Source of the DNA: an uncultured Verrucomicrobiota bacterium
GTDB taxonomy: Bacteria > Verrucomicrobiota > Kiritimatiellia > JAAZAB01
NCBI GenBank assembly: GCA_964617825.1
Contig: CAZTWL010000004.1
Coordinates: 71,546 to 135,545, forward strand
Direction: 5' to 3'
Length of the DNA: 64,000 nucleotides
A program made the translations under genes and the position numbers. Positions 42,006-51,276 of this stretch are shown here, one piece after another. The notes under the pieces were generated by a model. That model was given only the letters and a program-made list of their open reading frames with translations. It was not told where the DNA came from and did no database searches. Position 1 is the stretch's first letter, and each line of letters opens with the position of its first letter.

Positions 42006-43340
42006 TCATTTTGCCGATTCTGAAGATAACACCAAATTAACAGTATTCAAGGAGCCTTTGTGCAAAACAAGCGATCGTTCAAATGAGCCACGATCGGTTT
42101 TTATGGTCAGATCATATGTCCCATAAAATCCTTGGAACTTATTAAGCTTGCCTGCCCGATAATCCATTTTCAGGTCGGTTGTCCATTCCTTTTTTATCAG
42201 GTGTTTTAGCGCATTATAGGCTTTTTTCCTGGAGAAATCGTATTTGACCAGTCCGGCCTTGTATATGTTTTCTCCCTCATCGCTGCCTTGCGGCGCATCA
42301 TTTGCCGTGCCGTCGACAAGGTTCCACCAGATGATCCCGTTCGTTGCCGGATGGCTAAACCAGATTCGATACAGTTTCTCGGTGACCAGCGCCTGAAATT
42401 CCTCGCCATCGCCCAAGTTTTTGCCGCCGACCACGGTAATTTCGGAAACGTTGAGGGGAATACCCAGTCGGGCATATTGATCCATGCAGGCATATAAATA
42501 CTGCGGATTCAGCATGTCATTTGCCAGCTGTGGGAGCTGGTCATCGTTACAGAATTGGTGGTACTGCAATCCCAGGCCATCAACCTTGCAGCCCAGGGAC
42601 TGCAGCCGGCGAACGAACTGAAACAGGGGCGTGTAATCACCGCGATAATTCCGCCAACTGACCGACGAAACATCATTGTAAAGCAAGTCGCATTGCGGAT
42701 AATATTTCTCCGCCAGCTTGAAACAGAGCTCTACATGCCGGTCCGGCATCAGGCAGCGCAACGGGTTCCAGGCCAGCACCTCGTTGATCACATCCCAGAT
42801 TTTGACTTTACCGGCATAGCGCTCCCCGATCTCCCGAAAACGACGCTCGATGCGGGTTGCCAGCGATTTTTTATCTTTCGGCAGCCAACTGGGATAATAA
42901 TGATCCCAAAACAACGGATGGCCTTTTGGGACGATCTTGTTATTCAAACAGAATTCGATCACGCTGTCTGGCGGCGGCCGCCGATAAATCGGCCGGCTGT
43001 CCTTTCCAAACCGGACTTCCCCGTCTTTTGGCTCAAGATCCGACCAGTAAAACGGCGCCACGGCCAAGTTGAAGAGATCCCGGAAAGCGTCAACATACAG
43101 GTTGTTCTGTTCCTGGCTTTTGAATTGATCCAGCATGAAAATGTTGCAGCCGAAATTGTATTCATGCCGCGCCAGGCGGATTTGTATCTCGGCGCCTTCC
43201 AGCGGCTTGCCGGTCGCGTCAAACAACGCGATTTCCCAATAGCCTTGACGATTGTTTTCGATTCCCATCCGGATTTTGCCTTCAATTTCCGGATCGTCTT
43301 TCAATATGTTTTTTGCAGCAGCCTTGGCTAATTCATTCAT
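42006..43340 (-). CDS. glycoside hydrolase family 10 endo-1,4-beta-xylanase
   Basis: The GH10 acid/base motif WDVINE and the nucleophile motif in VSEITVVG are present, along with GHPLFWDHYYPSWL (cf. GHTLVWHSQLPSW). The start was chosen at MNELAK (GGGAGG upstream); no obvious signal peptide. Confidence 0.75.
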   Translation of the reverse strand: MNELAKAAAKNILKDDPEIEGKIRMGIENNRQGYWEIALFDATGKPLEGAEIQIRLARHEYNFGCNIFMLDQFKSQEQNNLYVDAFRDLFNLAVAPFYWSDLEPKDGEVRFGKDSRPIYRRPPPDSVIEFCLNNKIVPKGHPLFWDHYYPSWLPKDKKSLATRIERRFREIGERYAGKVKIWDVINEVLAWNPLRCLMPDRHVELCFKLAEKYYPQCDLLYNDVSSVSWRNYRGDYTPLFQFVRRLQSLGCKVDGLGLQYHQFCNDDQLPQLANDMLNPQYLYACMDQYARLGIPLNVSEITVVGGKNLGDGEEFQALVTEKLYRIWFSHPATNGIIWWNLVDGTANDAPQGSDEGENIYKAGLVKYDFSRKKAYNALKHLIKKEWTTDLKMDYRAGKLNKFQGFYGTYDLTIKTDRGSFERSLVLHKGSLNTVNLVLSSESAK

Positions 43341-43437
43341 GCTATCGCATGCCTCCCATCTTGTTGCCCATTTTTGCCGGTTTGTGTTTCTGCTCGTTCC
43401 GATCTTAGTCCGAACGTCCGTGGCGCCACTTTCCTGT

Positions 43438-44673
43438 CTAACGAAAACGGAACATTGTGCCCGACTGAATAAATACTTCGTAAGCGCCCATGTCCACCGT
43501 CCCATGCAAAATACGCGCATGTCCATCCAAGTCAACCGCATTTGTCATCCAGTCTTGATTCAAGCCCGAATTATAACACGGTGAATACCGATTGAAGCGA
43601 TAGTCGCCGGTCGCAAAACTTGCAAACCCGGGATTATCGGTCTTGTTGCCGGTGCGCATGGAATTAAAATATGTGCCCGAGGGCATTGAACATGAATACA
43701 TGCAGACGTCCCTGGTCGCCGACCATCCGCCCAAATTACCAGGGGCATTGTTATAAACAATGCAATTAACGACCGCATTGGTTGACGATTTGCCGAAAGC
43801 GACGCCGCCGCTGGCCCAGGGGCTGTAATTACTCACGATGGTACAGTTAATAACCAGAGTATTGGTGCTGATGATTGCTATGCCGCCACCATGAACTGAT
43901 CCACCATCCACCCTGTTATATCTAATCAGGCAATTTTCAATCGTAGCTACAGCATCGCCGGTCGAATATCCGACACGAATGCCGCCTCCATGCGAAGTCA
44001 GCGCTTGATTGTTTTCGATTATGCAGTTCTTGATTAAGGCATAGGTTAGGCTATCGCTTATATTTATACCTCCCCCCATGCCAGTCGTGCTTATATTGTT
44101 CCTGATCGCACAGTTCGCAACAATGCAGGTTCCCAGATAGGTTTTCTTGGGCCACGTATCCACCAAGATCGCAATGCCCCCTCCGATTTGGGCCTTGCAA
44201 TCGGTAATAAGACAATTAGTGACCGTTCCACCTGACATTACTATTCCCCCGCCATTAAGCGAATAGCCATTTGTGATCGTCAGGCCATCAAGAACACTGT
44301 CGTTGTGCTTCAGATAGAAGTTATACAAGGCATTCCCGTTAAAAATCGCGGCGCCCCTTCCGTTGAGACTCCGGATAACGACGTCATTCGTAATGGCAAT
44401 GACATTATTCGTGAGTCCATAAACCCCATTAGTCACCCAGACGATTTTGGGCGTATCGCCATCGTTCATGGCGACCTTCACCACATCGATGACGCTGGTC
44501 CCAGCCGTCGCCCAGTTGGTGTAGGGAGGTTGCGCCCCGGCATTGCTCGGAACCAGATAATGGGTGGCCGCATCGGCATTCGCCACCCCGAAAATGATCG
44601 CCACCATCGCTGCCGCACGCACCACATATTTAACGTTCAATCGTCTGGTTGTCGTTTTATATTGCTGAATCAT
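43438..44673 (-). CDS. secreted right-handed parallel beta-helix repeat protein (pectate-lyase fold / CASH-type)
   Basis: A signal peptide is followed by many NxGGGI/NCxI-type beta-helix rungs (GGGIAI, NCIIENN, NCLIRYN, NCTIVSN). Confidence 0.6.
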   Translation of the reverse strand: MIQQYKTTTRRLNVKYVVRAAAMVAIIFGVANADAATHYLVPSNAGAQPPYTNWATAGTSVIDVVKVAMNDGDTPKIVWVTNGVYGLTNNVIAITNDVVIRSLNGRGAAIFNGNALYNFYLKHNDSVLDGLTITNGYSLNGGGIVMSGGTVTNCLITDCKAQIGGGIAILVDTWPKKTYLGTCIVANCAIRNNISTTGMGGGINISDSLTYALIKNCIIENNQALTSHGGGIRVGYSTGDAVATIENCLIRYNRVDGGSVHGGGIAIISTNTLVINCTIVSNYSPWASGGVAFGKSSTNAVVNCIVYNNAPGNLGGWSATRDVCMYSCSMPSGTYFNSMRTGNKTDNPGFASFATGDYRFNRYSPCYNSGLNQDWMTNAVDLDGHARILHGTVDMGAYEVFIQSGTMFRFR

Positions 44674-44841
44674 TTTTACCTTTTCTGGGTTTAGAGTGAA
44701 ACACCCTAAACATATAGTGGTTATGACGATGTCGGATGCGGATACAAGTTTAAGCCGCCATAATGAAAATAAATTGCCAACCCCTGTCATCCCACAAGGT
44801 CAGACAAATGAGTTAAGACACGGTTAATATCGAAGGAAAAC

Positions 44842-45102
44842 GTGCCTTCCTCGAAAAATCAGTTCCGGTTTTTTGGATCAACATATATGCAGCACACCTC
44901 CTTCCAACACATGGCTGTCCCACAGGAATTAGCCGAATCCTGGCAAACAAGCCGGTTCCGGGGTGCCGCAGATGCGCCCAGGAATACAGATGCGCCAGGT
45001 AACGCAGGATCAAATGGACCAACAGGCCCATCCACTTCTGCCAGCGCACAGCATTGGCGTTATGCCCCAGAAAATCGGCCAGTTGCAAGGTTTGTTTAAT
45101 CT
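44842..45102 (+). other. small + strand ORF (85 aa) inside the repeat region, ending immediately before a perfect 8-bp hairpin and T-rich tract
   Basis: ORF 44842..45099. The hairpin is CACTGGCG-tcccacagggg-CGCCAGTG at 45104..45130, followed by TTCCTGTTTT. Coding status is unproven. Confidence 0.2.
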
Positions 45103-45138
45103 CCACTGGCGTCCCACAGGGGCGCCAGTGTTCCTGTT

Positions 45139-47397
45139 TTAATACTTCTCAGCGAGGGTAATTTCCAAAACTTTGATGTCGCCCGGGCCAACATCAATTG
45201 AGAATGAATTTTTGTTTTTGTCCCAGGCCATATCCGTGCCTTCCCGCAGTTCCTGCACCATGATCGGGGTCAGCGACCGCATGTCGACCGTAACCTTGGC
45301 GGTTTGGGCAACATCCGCCTTTTCCGGCGTGCGCGTGAATTTAGTTACGCCCTTGTTGTTGATCAGATACACCCACCAGCCATCCGACACTTTGTTCAGC
45401 CCATATTCGATATCGCCCTTTACCTCAACCGGCAGGACGTCTTTCACAATCTGCCGCATCAGAATTTGAACAAGAGGATGTTCCCTGGATTTCATGGCCT
45501 TGATGTAAGTATCGTCGTTGTTATCGCAAAAGCTTTTGCGCGGAACCATATAATCGACGGCGGTCAAAACCACCCGCCCCCGGCCATACGCATGCGCGCT
45601 TGCAAGAATCCCGCCCTTGCTGTCACGCCACAGCGGTTCGGCGCCTTTTAGTTCAAGCATTTCATAATCGTATGGCTCGGGCAGCGTTATGGCATCGCTT
45701 CCGCCAACAACATTGACTTTTCCTTCTGTCGCGCACATTTTCCCCGTCCGCCTGACCCCGATAAAATCATCCGGCAGATTGTCGTTAACCTGCCGGGTAT
45801 TGAGGACCAGCGTTCCGCCTTTCTTTACATATTCCTTCAATCGTTTCGCCAGCGCCTGGTCGATATTGAATCCACCCAGCATGATCGCCACCTTGTAATT
45901 CATCAGCGTTTTCAAGGCCACGGGCCCGCTAGGCGGACGGGGCGTAACCACGTCATAGATGTCCCCATATGGGCTGTTTGCCAGGCAGCCTTCCTGGCCT
46001 TGCTTTAAATTCTGCGCCATCGGCACCAAGGTATACATAAAGGCATCGATCATACTGTCCGGACGCTCCATGGGAAAATATGACCAGGGACGTCCGCCAA
46101 ATTGCGGATAACCCTGATTAAATGGAATCATGATCGCCACCGGCGCGTAGCTTGAGCCGCGGTCGGGAAACCATTGGGTGAATGCGTACCATTCCTTCAT
46201 CGCCTCGCCGTACGGGGAAAGCTCGACGTCGCCGCGCGCATCCTGGTTTTTGAATTTCCAATAGGTATATGGCCAGCCTTCGTGTTGGACAATACTGGCC
46301 CCGGCTAAATACGCCAAATACATATTTCGTCGATTAAGCGAAATCGACGGCCCGCAGGTCGGGCCACGGACATGTTCGTCTCCGATACCAAAGGCAGTGG
46401 TATTGGTTGTCAAACAATACGGAAATGCATTGTCATCCCATTTGCCATCCTCGGTAAAGCCGTTATAACAGACGGCAATATACCATTCCCACGGTTTGCC
46501 ATATTGCCGTGCGGCCCCGCGCGCAAACGACATGGCAACTTGGTACCGGTAGGGACCGGTGCTCGACGTTTCCAGAATCACCATCCCGGCGCCCCATTCC
46601 AGCGGGTAATGATCCCAGCACCAGCCACTGTGCAGGAAGATCATTTTTGCCGGATCGTTAAAATAGTAGCGCTGCGCGGCTTTGAAACAGGCATATGATC
46701 CGGCCAACGCCTGATCGCGGCCTTTTCTCGCGTTCACAAGAATGTTGGTTGCCTGCGTTATCATTGCTTCCGAATAATTTTGCGCTCGCAGCCGCTTGAC
46801 ATATTCAAGCACGTTCGTCTGGTGAAGAGCTCCAATATAATCGCTGTCATATTCATCGCCGGCCGCAAATCCCAGAAAATTGGGATGCTCTTTTTTCCAT
46901 TTTTTATATTCTTTATCGTCTACCTTGAAATCATCCATGCACCTGAAATGGGGACGGCTGCCGCCTCCGCCGAGAATAAACGGCACCTTGGGATCGAATT
47001 CCGCTTCATTCAATCGGGCGGCGCTGATCGCAAGACTATTATTCGTGTCCGGTACCAACAGATTCTTGCGCGAATACCAGCGCGCCGCCTCACGCAGCAT
47101 CGGTTCGCTTGAATGTACCATTCTGCCCTGCGAGGCTAGCGCTTTCTTCGTAGGCAACGGCTTGGGATCGGATTTGTTCCGCCAATCCCCGGGAAGCAGA
47201 TTCCAGAACCTGCGTCCCATTATTTGCTGCGGAATTTGATCCGCAGTCGAGTCATAATCCTGCCGGGCGACAATACGGGCGGCATCACTTGAACCGTTCG
47301 TTCCCTCCACGCCGGCGGCGGCCCCAAATGCCGTTAGACAGAGCAGACAGACCATCGGCAGCGTTACGCGGCATATTTTACGCATATTGATTTTCAT
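45139..47397 (-). CDS. putative glycoside hydrolase of an unassigned family, paralog 1 of 3; central domain resembles a beta-galactosidase-trimerisation/ThuA-like fold
   Basis: ~750 aa with a signal peptide. Conserved blocks shared with 51277..53553 and 61441..63687 include IVARQDYD, EHPNFLGF.AG.E.DSD, FLHSGWCWDHYPLEWG, ARQY.K.WSWYIAVCYNG, FPYCLTTN, GPTCG.S.SL.RR.MYL.YL.GAS, SYFPMERPDSMIDAF.YTLVP, CLANSPYGDIYDV and YKVA..LGGF.ID..LAKRL.EYVKKGGTLV.N.RQ. Confidence 0.55.
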   Translation of the reverse strand: MKINMRKICRVTLPMVCLLCLTAFGAAAGVEGTNGSSDAARIVARQDYDSTADQIPQQIMGRRFWNLLPGDWRNKSDPKPLPTKKALASQGRMVHSSEPMLREAARWYSRKNLLVPDTNNSLAISAARLNEAEFDPKVPFILGGGGSRPHFRCMDDFKVDDKEYKKWKKEHPNFLGFAAGDEYDSDYIGALHQTNVLEYVKRLRAQNYSEAMITQATNILVNARKGRDQALAGSYACFKAAQRYYFNDPAKMIFLHSGWCWDHYPLEWGAGMVILETSSTGPYRYQVAMSFARGAARQYGKPWEWYIAVCYNGFTEDGKWDDNAFPYCLTTNTTAFGIGDEHVRGPTCGPSISLNRRNMYLAYLAGASIVQHEGWPYTYWKFKNQDARGDVELSPYGEAMKEWYAFTQWFPDRGSSYAPVAIMIPFNQGYPQFGGRPWSYFPMERPDSMIDAFMYTLVPMAQNLKQGQEGCLANSPYGDIYDVVTPRPPSGPVALKTLMNYKVAIMLGGFNIDQALAKRLKEYVKKGGTLVLNTRQVNDNLPDDFIGVRRTGKMCATEGKVNVVGGSDAITLPEPYDYEMLELKGAEPLWRDSKGGILASAHAYGRGRVVLTAVDYMVPRKSFCDNNDDTYIKAMKSREHPLVQILMRQIVKDVLPVEVKGDIEYGLNKVSDGWWVYLINNKGVTKFTRTPEKADVAQTAKVTVDMRSLTPIMVQELREGTDMAWDKNKNSFSIDVGPGDIKVLEITLAEKY

Positions 47398-47415
47398 ACT
47401 TATCACTTTCTTGTT

Positions 47416-50400
47416 TTATTTTCTTTTTTGCCCGAAAATCCATTCCGTCAATCCCGGTTCCTTGTACGCATGATTCCAGGCATCGTGCTTGACATTTTCC
47501 CATTCCGTATAGCGCGGGCTGCCGCCGGCTTTTTTAATGGCGGCGATCATATTTCGGCTGTTTATGACGGGAACCGAGGTATCCAGCGCGCCGTGGAAAG
47601 CCCAGATCGGTATATCCTTGATGCTGGCCGCCCTGGTGACATCGCCGCCGCCGCATAGCGGCACTGCCGCTGCAAACATGTCCGGCCTCCGGCATATAAT
47701 GTCAAAAACAGCGTACCCGCCCAAGGATTGGCCGTTGACATAAATCCGGGCGTTGTCAATCGGATATTCCGCGACAATCCGGTCAATGATTTCAAGCGTC
47801 ATTTTCATTTCGCGGGTTATGGCCGGCTGAATATGTTCTGTTTTGCCACAGTCCGTGTCCACCCATCGGTGATTCTCAGGAATTTGAGGTGCCACGATAA
47901 AACAGGGATATTTTGATTGAATCTCCCGGTCAGCATACACTTTTGCATAGTTAAGCTGCGCCAGGTTGTCGTTGCCCGCACTCCCGGAGCCATGAAAATA
48001 GACTATCAGCGGATATTTTTCGCCTTCCCTGATATTTTCTGGAATAAACAACCGGCAAGGCAGTGTTCCGTTCGTTCCGGATTCATGGATAAACACCCTA
48101 AAACCATTGACAATGTTGGTACCGTCTGGCCGGGCACGGGATTGGCCGGATGCTTTTACCGGCACGGCGCGGACGTCGTCAATCTCGGCCCGGTCCGTGA
48201 CCCCGAGCGCCAGCGTCGCAACAGGCGGATAGTCAACCGGGAGGGTATGGATAAATTCATAGCGCTTCCATTGAGATGCCGGCGTTAAATTCAAGTCTGC
48301 CTCGCCTAATTTGGTTACCTTGAATAGTTTCGCGGTGTTGTAATGATAAAGGGACACTTCTATCTTGCCCAGGCCGCGGGCGGCAAATGAAATTTCAAAC
48401 GTGTCGCCGGGCTTCATCGCCACTTTCATACTGTTTAAAATCACGCCGCCATCGATCTGGAGGGAATTTTTGCCCGCGTACGCCCCCTCGGACAGTATCG
48501 TGGCCATTCGGCCCCCCGCATAGTGCAATTTCCAGTCTTTCGGCACTATCGGCGGCTGGTTACCGAACTTCCATGTTCCGGATTTATGCTTCTTGAGCAA
48601 GGCTTCGTTGTCCAGCGTGATCGTTTCCTCAAACCCTCCGTTGGCGATAATGGGACCGGCAAAGGTTACCCCGCGAAAACTGCTGATATCATGGAACGAG
48701 CCGTCCATCCAGGAACTGATCTCGGCTTTGCCGGCATTCCTGCTCCGCCCAACATTCATCAGCCAGCGACCACCGTCGGCAATATTTCCGCCCAGCGACT
48801 TGGCCGAAACTTTCATCTCCACGGTCCATTGGTTCGTTCCGGCCAGGGCCGCCACCTGGGCATCGGTATTGAAATTAACCGCGCCAATCGTCGGCGCGCC
48901 GGGCTTGCATTCGGAATCGCGCAAGGCGCCGGCGAAATTGATTGCCATGTGGACGTAACGTTTGCCGTCCCCCGCCGGATCGATAAACAGCTCCACCGTG
49001 TTGCCGTCCCAGATTTTATTATCATCGCGCTCCCTGGTTTTGGCCATGAGCTTGCCCGGCAGGGGCTCGTCCATCTCCAGACCGGCATAAAGATTTTCGT
49101 TGTCGTAGAGCAGGCGCACGGAGGTCTGCGCTTCGGCCACCGCGCCATTTGACCGGATGAAACCGGTCGCGCGTTCGCATAAGCCCCAGTCGACTTCGTC
49201 CAGTTTACCATCAAGCGTGACAGGGGCGGTGATCCGTGCCGCGTGCACGTCGTTGGCCTGCCGTTTGATGTATTGCTCGCGCGCCTTCAGCCATCCTTCC
49301 TTGAAAATCTCCTTGTCCTTCGCGATGCGCTTCAGGACAACCGGGTCTCCCGTGGCGGCCTTCTCCGCCTCGTCCAGCATGTCGGAGAGCGCCTTGATCG
49401 CGGATGGCGACTCAACGCTCTTGCCGATGGCGCCGTAGCTGGAGCCGTAGATAAAGTCCCCGGGGGTTTCGTCCCAGAGCTTGCGCGCCAGGGCCTGGTA
49501 GCGCCCCATGGCTCCGGAGGCCGGGCCGTAATATTTATCGTTCAAATCCTTCAGCAGCGCGTCCACATCCGCGTTGATGTTCCAGGCCAGCTTGGCCTGG
49601 ACGTAATGCATAGCCATGTTTGCCCGCCAGAAATCCCAGTTGCGCGGGCTGTCGTACAATCCGTTGCTGTGCCGGTAATTACCGTCCGGAGGTATGGTCC
49701 CTATACCCCACGCGGTGTGTCCCAGGCGGTGCGAGTAACGCATATCGCCGGCCACGATATATTCGAGCGGGGCGCAGAGAATCCCGGCCGTTCTTTCGTT
49801 TTGCTCACCCGCATAGATGACGTAATAGGTAGCGAGCTGCATCGAGCTAACAACCTTGGCCCATCCTTCAAGCATGTCGCGGAACCACTGGTTGGCTGGA
49901 CAGTTAGTGTCACCCAGCGAGTGCCGGTAACAGCGGTCGTGGTCAAAGAACACGAACTTGAGCCGGGGGTCAAAGCGGACGCCGGTCGGCGGGATACGGA
50001 AATTCTGGTAGGCCCTCCCGTACAAATCCGCATCCGGAAACTCGCTAAAGACACGATTGGCAATTTCGTTCTCGAAAACGGCAAAGCGCGTGGCCACTGC
50101 ACCTTTCCTGCGCTCATCCGGCGGGTCCAACACCAGACATTTCTCGCACTGGCACCAGCCGCCGCAATCGTTGTTGGCTATCTGGAACTGGCCGTCCGGG
50201 AACTTTCTGAAAAAATCAAGGACGTACTTTGTCGCAAGGTCTATCACTTCCGGGTTCGAGGTGCAGGGCTGGAAACGCACTCTCTTGTCCTGTGATTGCC
50301 GGCAACGCTTGCCATCGATCAATGCAAAATATTCCGGATGCGCTTCAAACAGGCTGTCGGGCACCATCTTCAGCATTACATTATCGCTGCCGCCATGCAC

Positions 50401-51066
50401 AGTGTAACGTCCGCGTTTCTCAACTTCTTCGCGCCCACTCCTCATCGAGCAAGGCTTCACCCTGTTGCGCGCACACCAGTCCCAGGAATTTGTCGTCTTG
50501 GCAGTGGTAGCCGTATTGCAGTAACCCATACTACGCTGCTTGAACGACGGATTCTGCCGGTTGTTTATCCGCCTGATTTTCAGCGTGGGAGTCTTGGGGC
50601 AGTATTCGCCATCCTCGCCGGGAAAGAACCAGCGCATCCCGACGTGCTCCTCAAGGAACGCATAGACGCCATACAGGACCCCGAGCGGCGTCTTGCCGGC
50701 AATCAGCAGCCCGCGCTCATCCGACCTGATAAGGACGCCTTGATCCGAAAGCGACTGCACATCTTTCAGTGCCCCTAGCTTGGCGATTGCCGGACACGTT
50801 TCCGGCGTTCCGAGCCAGATGCTGTATTTGTCCGCCTGCGGCGCATTGCTCTGCGCAACCCGGGCTCCGGTCACCTTGCCGAGGAAAAGGCACAATTCCT
50901 CAGCCGCGTGTTTCTCCACCACCGAGGCTTTGTCGCCGATTACCACCGCGCAGCGGGAATTGCCTTTGTCAACAAGCGCGATGGAGCCGGCAGGCAAATC
51001 CCTGTTACGTGCGCAGGCACAGACCAGCAAGAGGCATAAAACAAGCATGGTGATCCTAGATGTCAT
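47416..51066 (-). CDS. multidomain carbohydrate-active protein: DUF4838-like putative GH domain + CBM9-like + CBM4_9-like + C-terminal alpha/beta-hydrolase esterase
   Basis: 1216 aa with a signal peptide (MTSRITMLVLCLLLVCACA). The N-terminal ~560 aa resemble DUF4838 (LGVLYGVYAFLEEHVGMRWFFPGE). A CBM9-like block follows (ITAPVTLDGKLDEVDW...VHMAINFAGALRDSE), then a CBM4_9-like beta-sandwich (IIANGGFEE...LQIDGG). The last ~270 aa are an esterase with GQSLGG, homologous to 41039..41848. Confidence 0.6.
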   Translation of the reverse strand: MTSRITMLVLCLLLVCACARNRDLPAGSIALVDKGNSRCAVVIGDKASVVEKHAAEELCLFLGKVTGARVAQSNAPQADKYSIWLGTPETCPAIAKLGALKDVQSLSDQGVLIRSDERGLLIAGKTPLGVLYGVYAFLEEHVGMRWFFPGEDGEYCPKTPTLKIRRINNRQNPSFKQRSMGYCNTATTAKTTNSWDWCARNRVKPCSMRSGREEVEKRGRYTVHGGSDNVMLKMVPDSLFEAHPEYFALIDGKRCRQSQDKRVRFQPCTSNPEVIDLATKYVLDFFRKFPDGQFQIANNDCGGWCQCEKCLVLDPPDERRKGAVATRFAVFENEIANRVFSEFPDADLYGRAYQNFRIPPTGVRFDPRLKFVFFDHDRCYRHSLGDTNCPANQWFRDMLEGWAKVVSSMQLATYYVIYAGEQNERTAGILCAPLEYIVAGDMRYSHRLGHTAWGIGTIPPDGNYRHSNGLYDSPRNWDFWRANMAMHYVQAKLAWNINADVDALLKDLNDKYYGPASGAMGRYQALARKLWDETPGDFIYGSSYGAIGKSVESPSAIKALSDMLDEAEKAATGDPVVLKRIAKDKEIFKEGWLKAREQYIKRQANDVHAARITAPVTLDGKLDEVDWGLCERATGFIRSNGAVAEAQTSVRLLYDNENLYAGLEMDEPLPGKLMAKTRERDDNKIWDGNTVELFIDPAGDGKRYVHMAINFAGALRDSECKPGAPTIGAVNFNTDAQVAALAGTNQWTVEMKVSAKSLGGNIADGGRWLMNVGRSRNAGKAEISSWMDGSFHDISSFRGVTFAGPIIANGGFEETITLDNEALLKKHKSGTWKFGNQPPIVPKDWKLHYAGGRMATILSEGAYAGKNSLQIDGGVILNSMKVAMKPGDTFEISFAARGLGKIEVSLYHYNTAKLFKVTKLGEADLNLTPASQWKRYEFIHTLPVDYPPVATLALGVTDRAEIDDVRAVPVKASGQSRARPDGTNIVNGFRVFIHESGTNGTLPCRLFIPENIREGEKYPLIVYFHGSGSAGNDNLAQLNYAKVYADREIQSKYPCFIVAPQIPENHRWVDTDCGKTEHIQPAITREMKMTLEIIDRIVAEYPIDNARIYVNGQSLGGYAVFDIICRRPDMFAAAVPLCGGGDVTRAASIKDIPIWAFHGALDTSVPVINSRNMIAAIKKAGGSPRYTEWENVKHDAWNHAYKEPGLTEWIFGQKRK

Positions 51067-51270
51067 GTTTTTCCTTTATCATCCCACAGGATGCTCTGGC
51101 CGAGGGCTGTGGGCCGTAGACCGTAGGAAAACACCAAGAAAAGAGATGATTATGAAAAGCCCTTCAAAATCATCAGTTCCGGTTTTTCCAACTTGGATTT
51201 GTTCGATTCCGACTTACAGCCTTCGGCCTACAGTCTACAGTCCGAGGTGCCCCTGTGGGACGCCAGTGTT
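51067..51270. repeat. intergenic repeat element copy B (~200 nt), homologous to 7381..7570
   Basis: It shows the same three-block structure. A CCCACAGG...(17 nt)...CTGTGGG palindrome lies ~45 nt upstream of the 47416..51066 start codon. Confidence 0.6.
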
Positions 51271-51276
51271 GCTGAG

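Noticed and set aside
44842-45099. Calling the 85-aa ORF a protein-coding gene
   Set aside because: It is kept only as a low-confidence 'other' feature. The composition is not clearly coding, there is no RBS, and it overlaps a repeat element. The adjacent hairpin is what is noteworthy.
49243-50295. 350-aa + ORF (and similarly 56574..57662, 48523..49152) opposite the DUF4838-like giants
   Set aside because: These are shadow ORFs. The paralogous minus-strand proteins are conserved with each other, whereas these frames are not.
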